Source of the DNA: a virus
Lineage: Duplodnaviria > Caudoviricetes
Virus record (IMG/VR): IMGVR_UViG_3300027956_000008
Span: 1-62,186 of that record
DNA: 62,186 nt
Direction: 5' to 3' (one strand)
The notes under the pieces are model-generated. The model saw only the letters and a list, made by a program, of their open reading frames with translations, made no database searches and was not told the DNA's origin. Position 1 is the stretch's first letter. Each line of letters starts with the position of its first letter. Positions 36,701 through 44,303 of the stretch are shown piece after piece. The position numbers and the translations under genes were made by a program.

Positions 36701-39700
36701 TGGCTTAGAAGTGAAAGAAGAAGAAATCTTAGCTCAACTCTTTAGTCATGTTATTCACTCGAAAGAATTCTACGCTAATCTCGGTAAGAGTTTTGAAGGT
36801 AAAGGTTTGGCTGCTCGTTTGATTGGTCGTCTTATCAAGATGGTAGGGAGTGTCAATAAAGCCATTCAAACTGAAGGTGCTAACTTTGGAAGTGATAAGC
36901 TCATTAAAAATGAAGACATGGATAAGATTCACGATCTTATCAAGTCTCTCATTACTCAAGCGATAACAGGTAAAGATCGTAGTGAAATCTACGTTAATGA
37001 CATACTGAGGAATACTGGCAACGAATCCTTTGTGAAGTATTATACTCCGTCCTTAGGCAATGTTTACCTAGAAGAAGTTAAGGGTTGGCTTGCTAATCCT
37101 AATGGTTGGCTCGGTGGAATGTGGAGAAAGATATTCCCTAAAGGGACTAAGAACTACAAAGACGTAATGACGAACATAGAGAACCTTCTTGTTGATGCTG
37201 TCTTGTGGATAAAAGAGCATAAGCCTCAATGGGCTTTCTCTGACTTCTTGGGTGATCCTGCTCAAATGAAGATTGCTTATGAAGTGGCTAATATGTCAGA
37301 GAAGGCTGTTTACTTTGCTACTCAACAAGCAGCCAAGAACCATGTAGACACTTTCAAGAAGGTAACTGATAAACAGTTAGTTGAGATGTATGAATCTCTC
37401 CGTAAGAATAACTACGACTTTGGAACCAAAGAGAACCCAAATAACAATGACGTTACTTCTTTTATGCGTGACCTAAAGAAGCGTGGTATTCCGATTACTC
37501 AAGCAGGTGTGAATAACATTGTTGCGGCCCTTAGAGATTATCAAAAGATTACAGATGAACTCTTTGCCAAACTTCAAGCTATTCACCCCTTAGCTAACTA
37601 CGATAAGTTGAAGTACGGCTTTGTATTGAAGTTTAATGATTCTAAAGCCGCTAAGCAAGACAATGAATTCGATTGGACTGCTGATGATTCTTTCTCTCAG
37701 CTAACAGGTAGAGGAATAAGTGTAGAAGGATATAAAGCTAATGCTAAGAATAAAATAGCTAAAGGCTTTATACCTAAAGAACTGAACCCCAACAAAGTAT
37801 TCCTTGAGTTTGTCCGTGATGCTACTAGGGTTATCCTCGTTCGAGAAGCGATTGAAAAAGGTTTAACGACTAACGCTAAAAACGGCGAACCCATAATGAA
37901 GATGTTTGAATCCAGTAATGAAGCGAGAGAAGCTGGTTACTATGATGTAGATGATAACGCTTTTAAAGTCTTTGCTGATGTTCAAATCACCAAGAGTATC
38001 ATTGAAGGAATAGAAGAGACTCAAGACCTTAAGGCTGAGATGGGCCGTATCTATATGCAAAAGGATGCTGCTCGTATGTTTAAAACTCTTATGGGCAGAG
38101 ACATAATAAGGCGTACTAAAACAGGTGAATTGTTAATGAAAGTAAAGAACGCAATGACTTCTATTGAATTTGCTTTCTCTACTTTCCACGCCTTTACGAT
38201 TACTCAAGAGGCTCTAGCTTCTAATATGTCTTGGTTTCTAAAGAAAAATAAAGGAGCTTCTCTTTGGACTAAAAAGGCAGGGTTTAACCTTAAGCAGATT
38301 TCCTCTGATGCCCACAAAATAAACTTTATGTTTGAAGCGGCTGCAGGGGATAAGACATTACTCGATAAACCTGCTTTTATGAATGAACTGAAGTCCTTGC
38401 TTAAGACGGATGACATAGATGTTATTTCTATTCTTGATATGTATTTTTTCTCTGGAGGTCTAGCTAAACAAAGTGGTGATCTTCGGTCTAGTGCTCATGC
38501 TCTAGGAGACATGAAATACACAAATGCAAGTGAAGGTTACTTTAAAATTAGTGAAGACGGAACAGTTAGTAAAACAGGGAAGTCTTTTATTGCTCCTTCT
38601 CAGTGGAAAGCTAATGCGGCTGCTATTAAAGAATCTTTTGCAGAAGTCCACGCTGAAGCTATTAAGAATGAACCAAACAAGAAGATAGCCGCTATGTTCA
38701 AGGTAGCTAAGTTTGGTGCTCTTGAATCTACAACTGCTTGGCTTATGGAATACGCAATCCCTCAGATAAAGTTTGCTACCTTTGTAAAGGAATACACCCT
38801 TAAGATTGAGCAGCAAAAAGAAGCTATTGCTAATGGGACTACCACTAAAGAAGCTATAGCTATTGATACGATGAAGTTCCTAGAAGATCGTTTCGGTGAA
38901 GTTAACTGGCGCAATATGTGGATGAACCCTACTCTTAAAACAGGGCTTCAGTTTTTATTCCGTTCCTTTACTTGGTTTACTGGTTCATTCAAAGCTTTAA
39001 CAAAGGCAGGAATAGACCTTGGTAAAAAAGGTTGGTTTACGGTTAAGGGAGAACAATACGAACTCACTGAAAAAGGTTGGTGGGGTATCAATGCTCTACT
39101 TTCTCACTTTATGACAACGGGACTTATTGCTACAGCATTTGCAATTGCAGGGGCAGCTAGTGGAGGAGAGGAAGTACCGGATGATGAGGATATTCCACGT
39201 ATTACTAAATGGATGTTCCCTCGTATGGATAAATTTGATCCTAGTTCACGCGTCTCTATCCCTTCGTATATCACAGAGGGATACAAGATAATGATGCACC
39301 TTGGACTACTAGGGGAAGAAGCTCAATTCTCTAAGCTTTGGACTGGGCGTGTTAATAGTCTTATCTCTAAAGGATATGAAGCCCTTTGGACTGGGGAAGA
39401 TTGGAGAGGGGTACAGATAACAGACGAGAATGATATTGCTGCTAAAAGGGCTTTAGATACTTTTGCCCATATGTTTATTGTTGCTCCTATTTCTGTATCT
39501 ACTGCTTTTAAAGCTTTTGATACTAAAGGCATTCACGGTGCTAAGCAGATCATAGGTTCCTTTGCAGGCATGACTGGTGCTCCTGCTAGTGCCATGAGAA
39601 GTGAAGCAACAAATAAAGCATTTGAAATTAGACGAGAAGAAAACAAAGGTCGCAAGGTTTCACAAAGAGATATGGATATTAAAGAAGAGTTAAACTTAGC

Positions 39701-40037
39701 AACGCACCTTTATAAGATGGGTGATAAAGCCCCTCTTAATGCTTTGCTTAGTGAAGGAATTATCTCACAAAGACAGTATAAAAACGCTCTTGCTAAGGTT
39801 CCATACATAGATAATAGAAATAACCCTGATTATATTGATCCTCTTTCTAGTGCTATTAAAGGACTGACAATTAACGGTGCTCTTGAAGTTTGGGGTGTTA
39901 TGTCAGACAATGAGAAGAAGAAACATAAAAAAGAAATCATTAAGAAGTATTTGAATATGATGGCGCGTAAAGATAAGTCGGAGAAGTTTAAAAAAGAAAT
40001 TCGTATTGAAATGAATGAACTAGCAATACTTAGATAG
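30714..40037 (+). CDS. 3107-aa polyvalent internal virion (ejection) protein
   Basis: Gly/Ala-rich N-terminus (GFEAGEELLQSGQEQ); DUF4326-like HFGNPF...HADAL; ART-like FYHGG...GIYLT...AAEYG...GFDA; HELFH zincin motif; hydrophobic C-terminal segment. Confidence 0.8.
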   Translation: MASPLDNNGFYNYASKKINPNKVSAIPNAGFWDRTKDLGVDVARAGIGAGEAVVGLASLATGGVAGKGFQELGYNPEETHRLLSEFYSDERKQEQRDVSKAFDESFLGGLGTAVSEPAVAIGSVVQSLPSMFLGRGLATKMVPALGISPNLAAGLGEGLLTAGTSFESTRKETGEDYGTLENYGYSLGAGALTAGIGMGSSKLGRMAGVDDIDIDYTDPTAMLKRKMITGATLKGAGFEAGEELLQSGQEQSLQNLATGKPWDKGVSEAMGMGAISGGLMGGPMAGYKAIVDNEKVKIEDMFHETKAALGSELGNTLTEQAEVLGSDIVGGKQPVSLIQGAPTIEEQKILVDVSNKVNQTAQAVDSITQDKGLMQDSLDKKLNEASTIPSSVLSFATKIKADPSELNSLIVQVYSQSKNASDFREKLNATLGTNTQGLAAKLWPKLKEERGSFSRVTVSKLPVEQQLEVKKLDDEIDVLKEQLKNKTLIANRPDLLISNPVKMQEKQDRINVITKDNDEVQKFYTPEEQKTAVKIVANPWESQSKGEGVSVYRKWGSKQHFGNPFSSEKIAGTVPTANTAESVKMFKEWLAGKHSDIEPERQAWVIDQINKGVLDGKTLLYGNTKATKNKEESHADALAEFVNNRLQKEEVFELDEPEEVVRDDAYYDEMAKHYEELEAAEEYRKTLTPIKKFSELKAEEVKALDNSKMKKVFYHGGTLDRTGPSGGAGLPPNGSAGIYLTLNKKEAAEYGPVKAYRVIVNKPAKGKERHAIDGFKSTEVSPAAIAEAKAKGFDAFDNSEGTDSAYLILFDRSQLVEDDSDTTNIYLAKEGTGKQVNTKYHVIEDIASTIGLDARKMYSDTERMYSQSENFADFTKKFRSAYKVGGTSSIPLRVFKSFELETRGKAKPLSTVGTYQPKLSSSDSKNLTVSNFAYAAKELKQELEDFFVATKKMFKASPNYKTFQDKFVQQFGEKAKKFVNASFKIHKQEKDYRQLRTGKIEGGKIISPLGQEITSTKGVTFEYDYLPTFESPTVIRNITKKPLEPNVKHFATKGEYLKALNAYNKDLQGDWFDRAGKKIDITQYEAGEELYRKPFNKVWDGQNITVTVKPENGIAFKLEVTAKEMNDFWAKQPKRTVEDKDKTFESFMDKNYDKWLMDTQKIEAMEAQSLKQRKEDIEREDDFEMEQVESLDEFSQADEINRQLVEEREDTDDDYMEGGRSFSRTATKGADALEGIGMSTKKAVWAKTVSKLWDYETEKIQKEFEASKKRKAIDWDAKFQEFVEKFQAKNEKTFDRIYKELLANKALTKNNEQVAEFMANSFAELGKDFDLNDVVDYVLEYNNVEGKSLAALAEDPIDAIDAFKEGLALAQEVTTARKEMREQRGKEKLTKKQTDMEPKTLVRKKSGEVKVITKENINKEVESTVFLSEEDIPFFEQLGIQPIEDAPANDSPFEGRAVRRTEGIPRKTIPKTVEEFNSLTPKEREAIRIEHQYNIFKTIQQPQYRIARDNAAPVLTAIEELKTGEKGLLTLGEVDSYLMKQNGTEDFKAITDKQSRINMIAFILRSATTMQFVNKSNYSPFNPNVNFYKDVSYVAENTQLIKEFSGGFNPADTINLKEWQQAQNQPIFSLALNQNSFLHLASSLTDDLVSLGLLEDFIEARGISKEDYLVNFTDRFNNRKTENDLKTLNDDLYVMRLLIAKKNLEINTVTNENYFTAYQQQIARVLEQTPQSEVKVPTEAELYNIYLKTGGKKDSVAIYVNNLVEDIILDQAAQLKAKLKETPNKNDLQSLVKLNLGLEEQQILDDVWGGKEIPSYVSFTSRQRIKAAQSLYGELLRASKVSNFTTDKISEIQISSLTASLVEPSLESYFEEQPTVNEFEKQLREQHPNLKIGRTPSFIKKLYTKIAKIFDADLIFVADDEYKSRFIGNSSVDGRNKIIINFKEKGGLHRIFAHELFHALVFKASPKAYAEFKRAVIEVAGQDKWYDSVKSMTQDLGLEVKEEEILAQLFSHVIHSKEFYANLGKSFEGKGLAARLIGRLIKMVGSVNKAIQTEGANFGSDKLIKNEDMDKIHDLIKSLITQAITGKDRSEIYVNDILRNTGNESFVKYYTPSLGNVYLEEVKGWLANPNGWLGGMWRKIFPKGTKNYKDVMTNIENLLVDAVLWIKEHKPQWAFSDFLGDPAQMKIAYEVANMSEKAVYFATQQAAKNHVDTFKKVTDKQLVEMYESLRKNNYDFGTKENPNNNDVTSFMRDLKKRGIPITQAGVNNIVAALRDYQKITDELFAKLQAIHPLANYDKLKYGFVLKFNDSKAAKQDNEFDWTADDSFSQLTGRGISVEGYKANAKNKIAKGFIPKELNPNKVFLEFVRDATRVILVREAIEKGLTTNAKNGEPIMKMFESSNEAREAGYYDVDDNAFKVFADVQITKSIIEGIEETQDLKAEMGRIYMQKDAARMFKTLMGRDIIRRTKTGELLMKVKNAMTSIEFAFSTFHAFTITQEALASNMSWFLKKNKGASLWTKKAGFNLKQISSDAHKINFMFEAAAGDKTLLDKPAFMNELKSLLKTDDIDVISILDMYFFSGGLAKQSGDLRSSAHALGDMKYTNASEGYFKISEDGTVSKTGKSFIAPSQWKANAAAIKESFAEVHAEAIKNEPNKKIAAMFKVAKFGALESTTAWLMEYAIPQIKFATFVKEYTLKIEQQKEAIANGTTTKEAIAIDTMKFLEDRFGEVNWRNMWMNPTLKTGLQFLFRSFTWFTGSFKALTKAGIDLGKKGWFTVKGEQYELTEKGWWGINALLSHFMTTGLIATAFAIAGAASGGEEVPDDEDIPRITKWMFPRMDKFDPSSRVSIPSYITEGYKIMMHLGLLGEEAQFSKLWTGRVNSLISKGYEALWTGEDWRGVQITDENDIAAKRALDTFAHMFIVAPISVSTAFKAFDTKGIHGAKQIIGSFAGMTGAPASAMRSEATNKAFEIRREENKGRKVSQRDMDIKEELNLATHLYKMGDKAPLNALLSEGIISQRQYKNALAKVPYIDNRNNPDYIDPLSSAIKGLTINGALEVWGVMSDNEKKKHKKEIIKKYLNMMARKDKSEKFKKEIRIEMNELAILR

Positions 40038-40047
40038 GAGCATATAT

Positions 40048-40398
40048 ATGAGCTGCATTGCTGAAAAATATGATTTTGAATTCTGCCAAGGCAGTACGTT
40101 TAAATGGGATATATCAGTCAAAGACCCTGATGATATTTATACTGCTTTCCCTTTAAATGGATATACTCCTACTGCTATGGCAAGGACGAATTACAGTGAT
40201 GCTCTTCCTGCCTTTACCTTTACCTGTGCAGTGACGAGTAATGCAAATGGAACAATACGTATATCTTTAACTGATATACAGACTGCTGCTATTGCTAAAG
40301 GTCGTTACTATTACGATGTAGAATTGACCTCTCTTGAATTAGAAGTTATAAAACTATACAGAGGTAGTGTAGCAGTTCTTCCTGAAGCAACGAAATAG
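40048..40398 (+). CDS. BppU-like fibre adaptor protein
   Basis: QGSTF...LNGYT...NGTIRISLT..QTAAI..GRYYYDVEL...G.V.V.PEAT. Confidence 0.7.
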   Translation: MSCIAEKYDFEFCQGSTFKWDISVKDPDDIYTAFPLNGYTPTAMARTNYSDALPAFTFTCAVTSNANGTIRISLTDIQTAAIAKGRYYYDVELTSLELEVIKLYRGSVAVLPEATK

Positions 40399-40406
40399 GT
40401 ATTGTT

Positions 40407-40625
40407 ATGAGAAAGACAACGATACAATTCCCAAGTGATTTACAGATTGATGTTATTTTTGTACCTAACGAAACTAACTTGGCGACAGTTATCCAATTCT
40501 TGAATATTATGAAGTCTACAGTACAAATGGAACAAGGATTTACAGCTTATATTGATAACTTCATAGTCACTGAAAATGGTGATTTTCTTGTAACTGAAGA
40601 CGGAACATATTTGACTTGGATATAA
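40407..40625 (+). CDS. Small tail-associated protein
   Basis: IVTENGDFLVTEDGTYL motif. Confidence 0.6.
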   Translation: MRKTTIQFPSDLQIDVIFVPNETNLATVIQFLNIMKSTVQMEQGFTAYIDNFIVTENGDFLVTEDGTYLTWI

Positions 40626-40628
40626 CTT

Positions 40629-42731
40629 ATGGCTACTAAAACTATAAATGAATTAATAGCAGATACCGTTATTGCAGGAACAGAAGAGATTCCTGTTTGG
40701 GATATTAGTGGAGCTACGCTAAAAGCAACGGTAGATCAAATCAAAGCTTATATCTTAGCCAATGTAGATACTCTTTCGTTTAACATTGCTTTTGTAAGTG
40801 GTGATTTACCCGAAGGCTCTTTAACTTGGAATGCCGATGACCATACCCTAAACCTCCATACAGGTCTTGGTGGTGTTGTAGGACAAGTCAATCAAGAACT
40901 TCTCTTGCTTATTTGGAATCCTGCTAATGCGGCTGAAAATATTCTTGATGGTTGGCCTATCTCCTTGGATGGTTCAAGCGGCTTAAGACCTATAGGTTAC
41001 AGAACAGATGTAACAAGCGAAGCCTCTTGCCGTTGCTATATGGGTTTGTCAACTATGGCAATTCCTAAAGGTACTCATGGGTTTGTTAATAGAGGCGGGC
41101 TAGTAAGAGGCATATCTACTTCTGCTTTTGAGGAAGGGGATAGACTTTGGGTTCAAACTAATAGTCCCTACTTGACAAACGTAGAGCCAACTTTGGGGCA
41201 ACGTATCTTAGTAGGTATTGTTCTAACTAAAAGTGCAAATGGACTTGTCTATAGCAACCCTAACCACTACGAGTTAACTGCTGAGGGAAAGAGGGCTGTT
41301 GACAGTCTTGAGTACGCTATCAAAGAAAATCATGTTCCTTCTGGTTTCCCAACTAACGTAGGTTCTACTCTTTCAATGGTGGAGAACGTAGGAGCAGTCA
41401 ACGATACATTCAGTGTCACGATTACTGGAACGAACTTTCCTGTCTATATTGATGGGGAACGCTACTTAAAAAACACCGAGACAGTCACGCAGGTAGGAGC
41501 TACGAGTCGCAGGTACTTCATCTATTACGATGCTGATACACAACTCCTTACTGTGTCTTCTGCCGAATGGATATTAGAGCCTGATGGTGGGTATGACGGT
41601 AAAGCCTTTGTTGCAACTGTTCTATGGGATGCAGTTAACCACAGGGGTATTCTGGAGGAAGAACGGCACCATTCGTGGAGAGATATACATTGGCATCATT
41701 GGGCGCATCATTCCGTTGGAGCTAGGTATGTATCTGCTCATAACGCTAATGGATTGAATCTATCTAACCCTGCTGCTAATCAGTACGCAACGTTCTCTGT
41801 TACTGAAGGTGACATTTACGACGAAGACATTCTCAACAACATCGGTATTCACACTACTGCAAACCTTTTTTATCATCACTCTGATGGAACGATGGTCTTT
41901 GAAAGAGCTGTCACGGCTCCTTATAAACTCGTTGCAGGGATTCCGCAGTATGACAACGGAACAGGGTTAGCAGACAAAATAGCTAGTAACACCACGGGTT
42001 ATTTTGTTTCGTGGATGTACGGTACAAATGCTGTCAGCGCTAATGGAAACTCGCAACTTGCTATTGTAGTTGGTCAGGATGCCAACAACACCATGACTCT
42101 TGCTGAAGCTCAGTCTGTAGCACAACCAACACTCCCCGTTGACTTTGTTGTTGAGTGGCGGTTGCTCTGGAAAATAATCTATCGTTTTGGGGCAGGGAAT
42201 ACGCTGACATGGATTAGTAATACTGATTACCGAACTGCTTCCTCTCTCCCCTATGGACAAGTGCCAACGAGTAATATATCAGCAAGCTCCGTGACTACAA
42301 GCCCCTTCGACGACATAGCATCCACAAACCAACAAGCTGTTAATGAAGAGTTGGGGATCAAGCGGGTTAAGGTTGCACAAGGCTATATCAATGGTCAAAA
42401 AGACACAAGAACCGACATCGTGGCTAGTACCGATGGTGCTACATACGATGTTGATTGTTCTCTCGGCAACGCTTTTAAGGTGACTCCGACTGACACATCA
42501 GGATTTGATTATATCCTTAACTTCATAAACATCCCAACAGGTGCATTTGAGTTTTCTGTAGCCATATATACAGTTGTCGGAACGAATGCTCCGACTGTTG
42601 CGTACAAAGTAGCAGGCTCGGCTGTTACACCGATTGGCACTCCTGCGTTTGTGACAGGTAAGGTCAATCGGTTTATTTTCGACACTATCGACAACGGCCC
42701 AACTCTCTACGTCAACGGGAGTACATTCTAA
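40629..42731 (+). CDS. Tail fibre protein
   Basis: KTINEL...GTEEIPV...KATVDQIK anchor, EGSLTWN.DD.TL and G.V.RGGLVRGI.TS.F.EGD.LWV fibre modules. Confidence 0.75.
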   Translation: MATKTINELIADTVIAGTEEIPVWDISGATLKATVDQIKAYILANVDTLSFNIAFVSGDLPEGSLTWNADDHTLNLHTGLGGVVGQVNQELLLLIWNPANAAENILDGWPISLDGSSGLRPIGYRTDVTSEASCRCYMGLSTMAIPKGTHGFVNRGGLVRGISTSAFEEGDRLWVQTNSPYLTNVEPTLGQRILVGIVLTKSANGLVYSNPNHYELTAEGKRAVDSLEYAIKENHVPSGFPTNVGSTLSMVENVGAVNDTFSVTITGTNFPVYIDGERYLKNTETVTQVGATSRRYFIYYDADTQLLTVSSAEWILEPDGGYDGKAFVATVLWDAVNHRGILEEERHHSWRDIHWHHWAHHSVGARYVSAHNANGLNLSNPAANQYATFSVTEGDIYDEDILNNIGIHTTANLFYHHSDGTMVFERAVTAPYKLVAGIPQYDNGTGLADKIASNTTGYFVSWMYGTNAVSANGNSQLAIVVGQDANNTMTLAEAQSVAQPTLPVDFVVEWRLLWKIIYRFGAGNTLTWISNTDYRTASSLPYGQVPTSNISASSVTTSPFDDIASTNQQAVNEELGIKRVKVAQGYINGQKDTRTDIVASTDGATYDVDCSLGNAFKVTPTDTSGFDYILNFINIPTGAFEFSVAIYTVVGTNAPTVAYKVAGSAVTPIGTPAFVTGKVNRFIFDTIDNGPTLYVNGSTF

Positions 42732-43507
42732 TGGGAGCGCCTCAGAGACGATTGATGATGGGTGGTGCATTAGCATGGAATCCCCTATCGTTATCTCCGT
42801 CACTTTATTTATCTGCTGACTCTGGAATAACTAAAGATGGCAGTAATCTCGTTTCGCAGTGGGACGACATATCGACTAACGCGAGAAATTTGACACAAGG
42901 GACGGCGGCGGCAAAACCTTTATGGGTAGATAGTGTTATCAACGGGAATCCTGTTATCCGTTTTGACGGAACCGATGATGTAATGGTGAACGTATCGGCT
43001 ACTGGCATAGATAACTGCACATTATTTTTACTCGGGAAGTACACGGCAAGCGCAGGAGAAGATTTGAGTTTCAGTGTAGGTTGTGTCGGATCACTCTACA
43101 GAATGAGGGGATTCTATTCTGGATTTCCCGTGTTCCCAAATATTACTTTTAGTGATTTTGGAGAAGGGGCATTTTCAACGATCCCCTACGATGTAACAGG
43201 GTTCCATTTATTTGAGATAGTGCAGTCGGGGAAAAATGTAAAAATAAATAGGGATGGAGACACTCAGCAGTCTTTCACTCTCTCCAACGCTCCAGCGACA
43301 ACGGGTAATGATGCAAATTGTGGTTGGCAGATAGGGGGCGCGGTAGGAGCGGCATACTGGACAGCGATTGATGTTGTTGATGCCCTTGTTTTTAATTCAG
43401 CTCTCAGCGATGAAAACAGACAGAAGGTAGAGGGAAGCATACTCCACGGACGAGGTTTATCGTCACTGTTACCAGTTGGACATCCATATAAAGCCTCACC
43501 TCCATAG
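42731..43507 (+). CDS. LamG/ConA-like receptor-binding protein
   Basis: LYLSADSGIT....VSQWDDIS..ARNLTQ.....P, IRFDG.DD, FNSALSD..RQKVEG...LP..HPYK..PP. Confidence 0.75.
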   Translation: MGAPQRRLMMGGALAWNPLSLSPSLYLSADSGITKDGSNLVSQWDDISTNARNLTQGTAAAKPLWVDSVINGNPVIRFDGTDDVMVNVSATGIDNCTLFLLGKYTASAGEDLSFSVGCVGSLYRMRGFYSGFPVFPNITFSDFGEGAFSTIPYDVTGFHLFEIVQSGKNVKINRDGDTQQSFTLSNAPATTGNDANCGWQIGGAVGAAYWTAIDVVDALVFNSALSDENRQKVEGSILHGRGLSSLLPVGHPYKASPP

Positions 43508-43515
43508 GAGCTACC

Positions 43516-43941
43516 ATGCAACTCATTCGTAATGATGAAGAAATAGCCTACCCCTGCAAAGAGTACAACGGGGCAATTAATCCGACTATGGCGTATTTGC
43601 TGAAGATCGGGTTTACAGAAGTTGTTGTTCCTGTTGTGCCTCCGACAGATGAACAGATACAGGCACAGATTAATCAGAACATAGACAGATTATGGAATCA
43701 AGCTGCTGAGTACGAAAAAGGGTATATCTACGGCGCAGCGTTATCAATGCTGACTATCGGTGTTATCCAAGGGAAGCCGAAAGCTCTTGCAATTACCGCG
43801 TGGATTAGCTCGATATGGAACGAACACTACTACCCGCAAAAAGCACTTGTAGGCTATGAGTTTAGCGGATACGACTTCTCTGTTTGCGGCCCTATGCCTT
43901 ACAGTGTGCCAGAACTAAGCGTAGAGGTGTTTGGAGGTTAA
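43516..43941 (+). CDS. Tail fibre assembly-like protein
   Basis: Position after the RBP; C-terminal YDFS.CG.MPYSV.EL. Confidence 0.5.
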   Translation: MQLIRNDEEIAYPCKEYNGAINPTMAYLLKIGFTEVVVPVVPPTDEQIQAQINQNIDRLWNQAAEYEKGYIYGAALSMLTIGVIQGKPKALAITAWISSIWNEHYYPQKALVGYEFSGYDFSVCGPMPYSVPELSVEVFGG

Positions 43942-44161
43942 TATGTTTTTCTCTTGGCTGAAACGTTTGGATGTTTACATTACAGATAAATGGACTGGCA
44001 GAACCAGAATGTATTACTCGGCTGAACTTGGAAGAAAACAATTGATTCATGGAGGAAAAATTCCTTGGAAGGTTCACTTTGGTCAAGCTCTTGTAAGCAG
44101 GTTTCTTGATTTTATTGATACAGACCACTGTGCTAAAGCTAGAAAAGCTAAACTACCATGA
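43931..44161 (+). CDS. Small phage protein
   Basis: SAELG...FLDFIDTDHC pattern. Confidence 0.6.
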   Translation: MEVNMFFSWLKRLDVYITDKWTGRTRMYYSAELGRKQLIHGGKIPWKVHFGQALVSRFLDFIDTDHCAKARKAKLP

Positions 44162-44303
44162 GCTGTGAAGAGGTATCACTTAAAATTAGCAATTTAGTCT
44201 GGTGGTGCCTTTATGGACATAAAGTTGAAAAGTGTCCTGCTGATACCTGTAGACTCTGTAGTTCTTTAATCTGTGAAGATAGAAAAGAAGAGCAGGAACT
44301 TAA

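Noticed and set aside
30714-40037. Virion RNA polymerase (N4- or crAss-like)
   Set aside because: I could not find DxDGD/DFDID or T7-type polymerase motifs. A highly diverged enzyme cannot be excluded without structure prediction.
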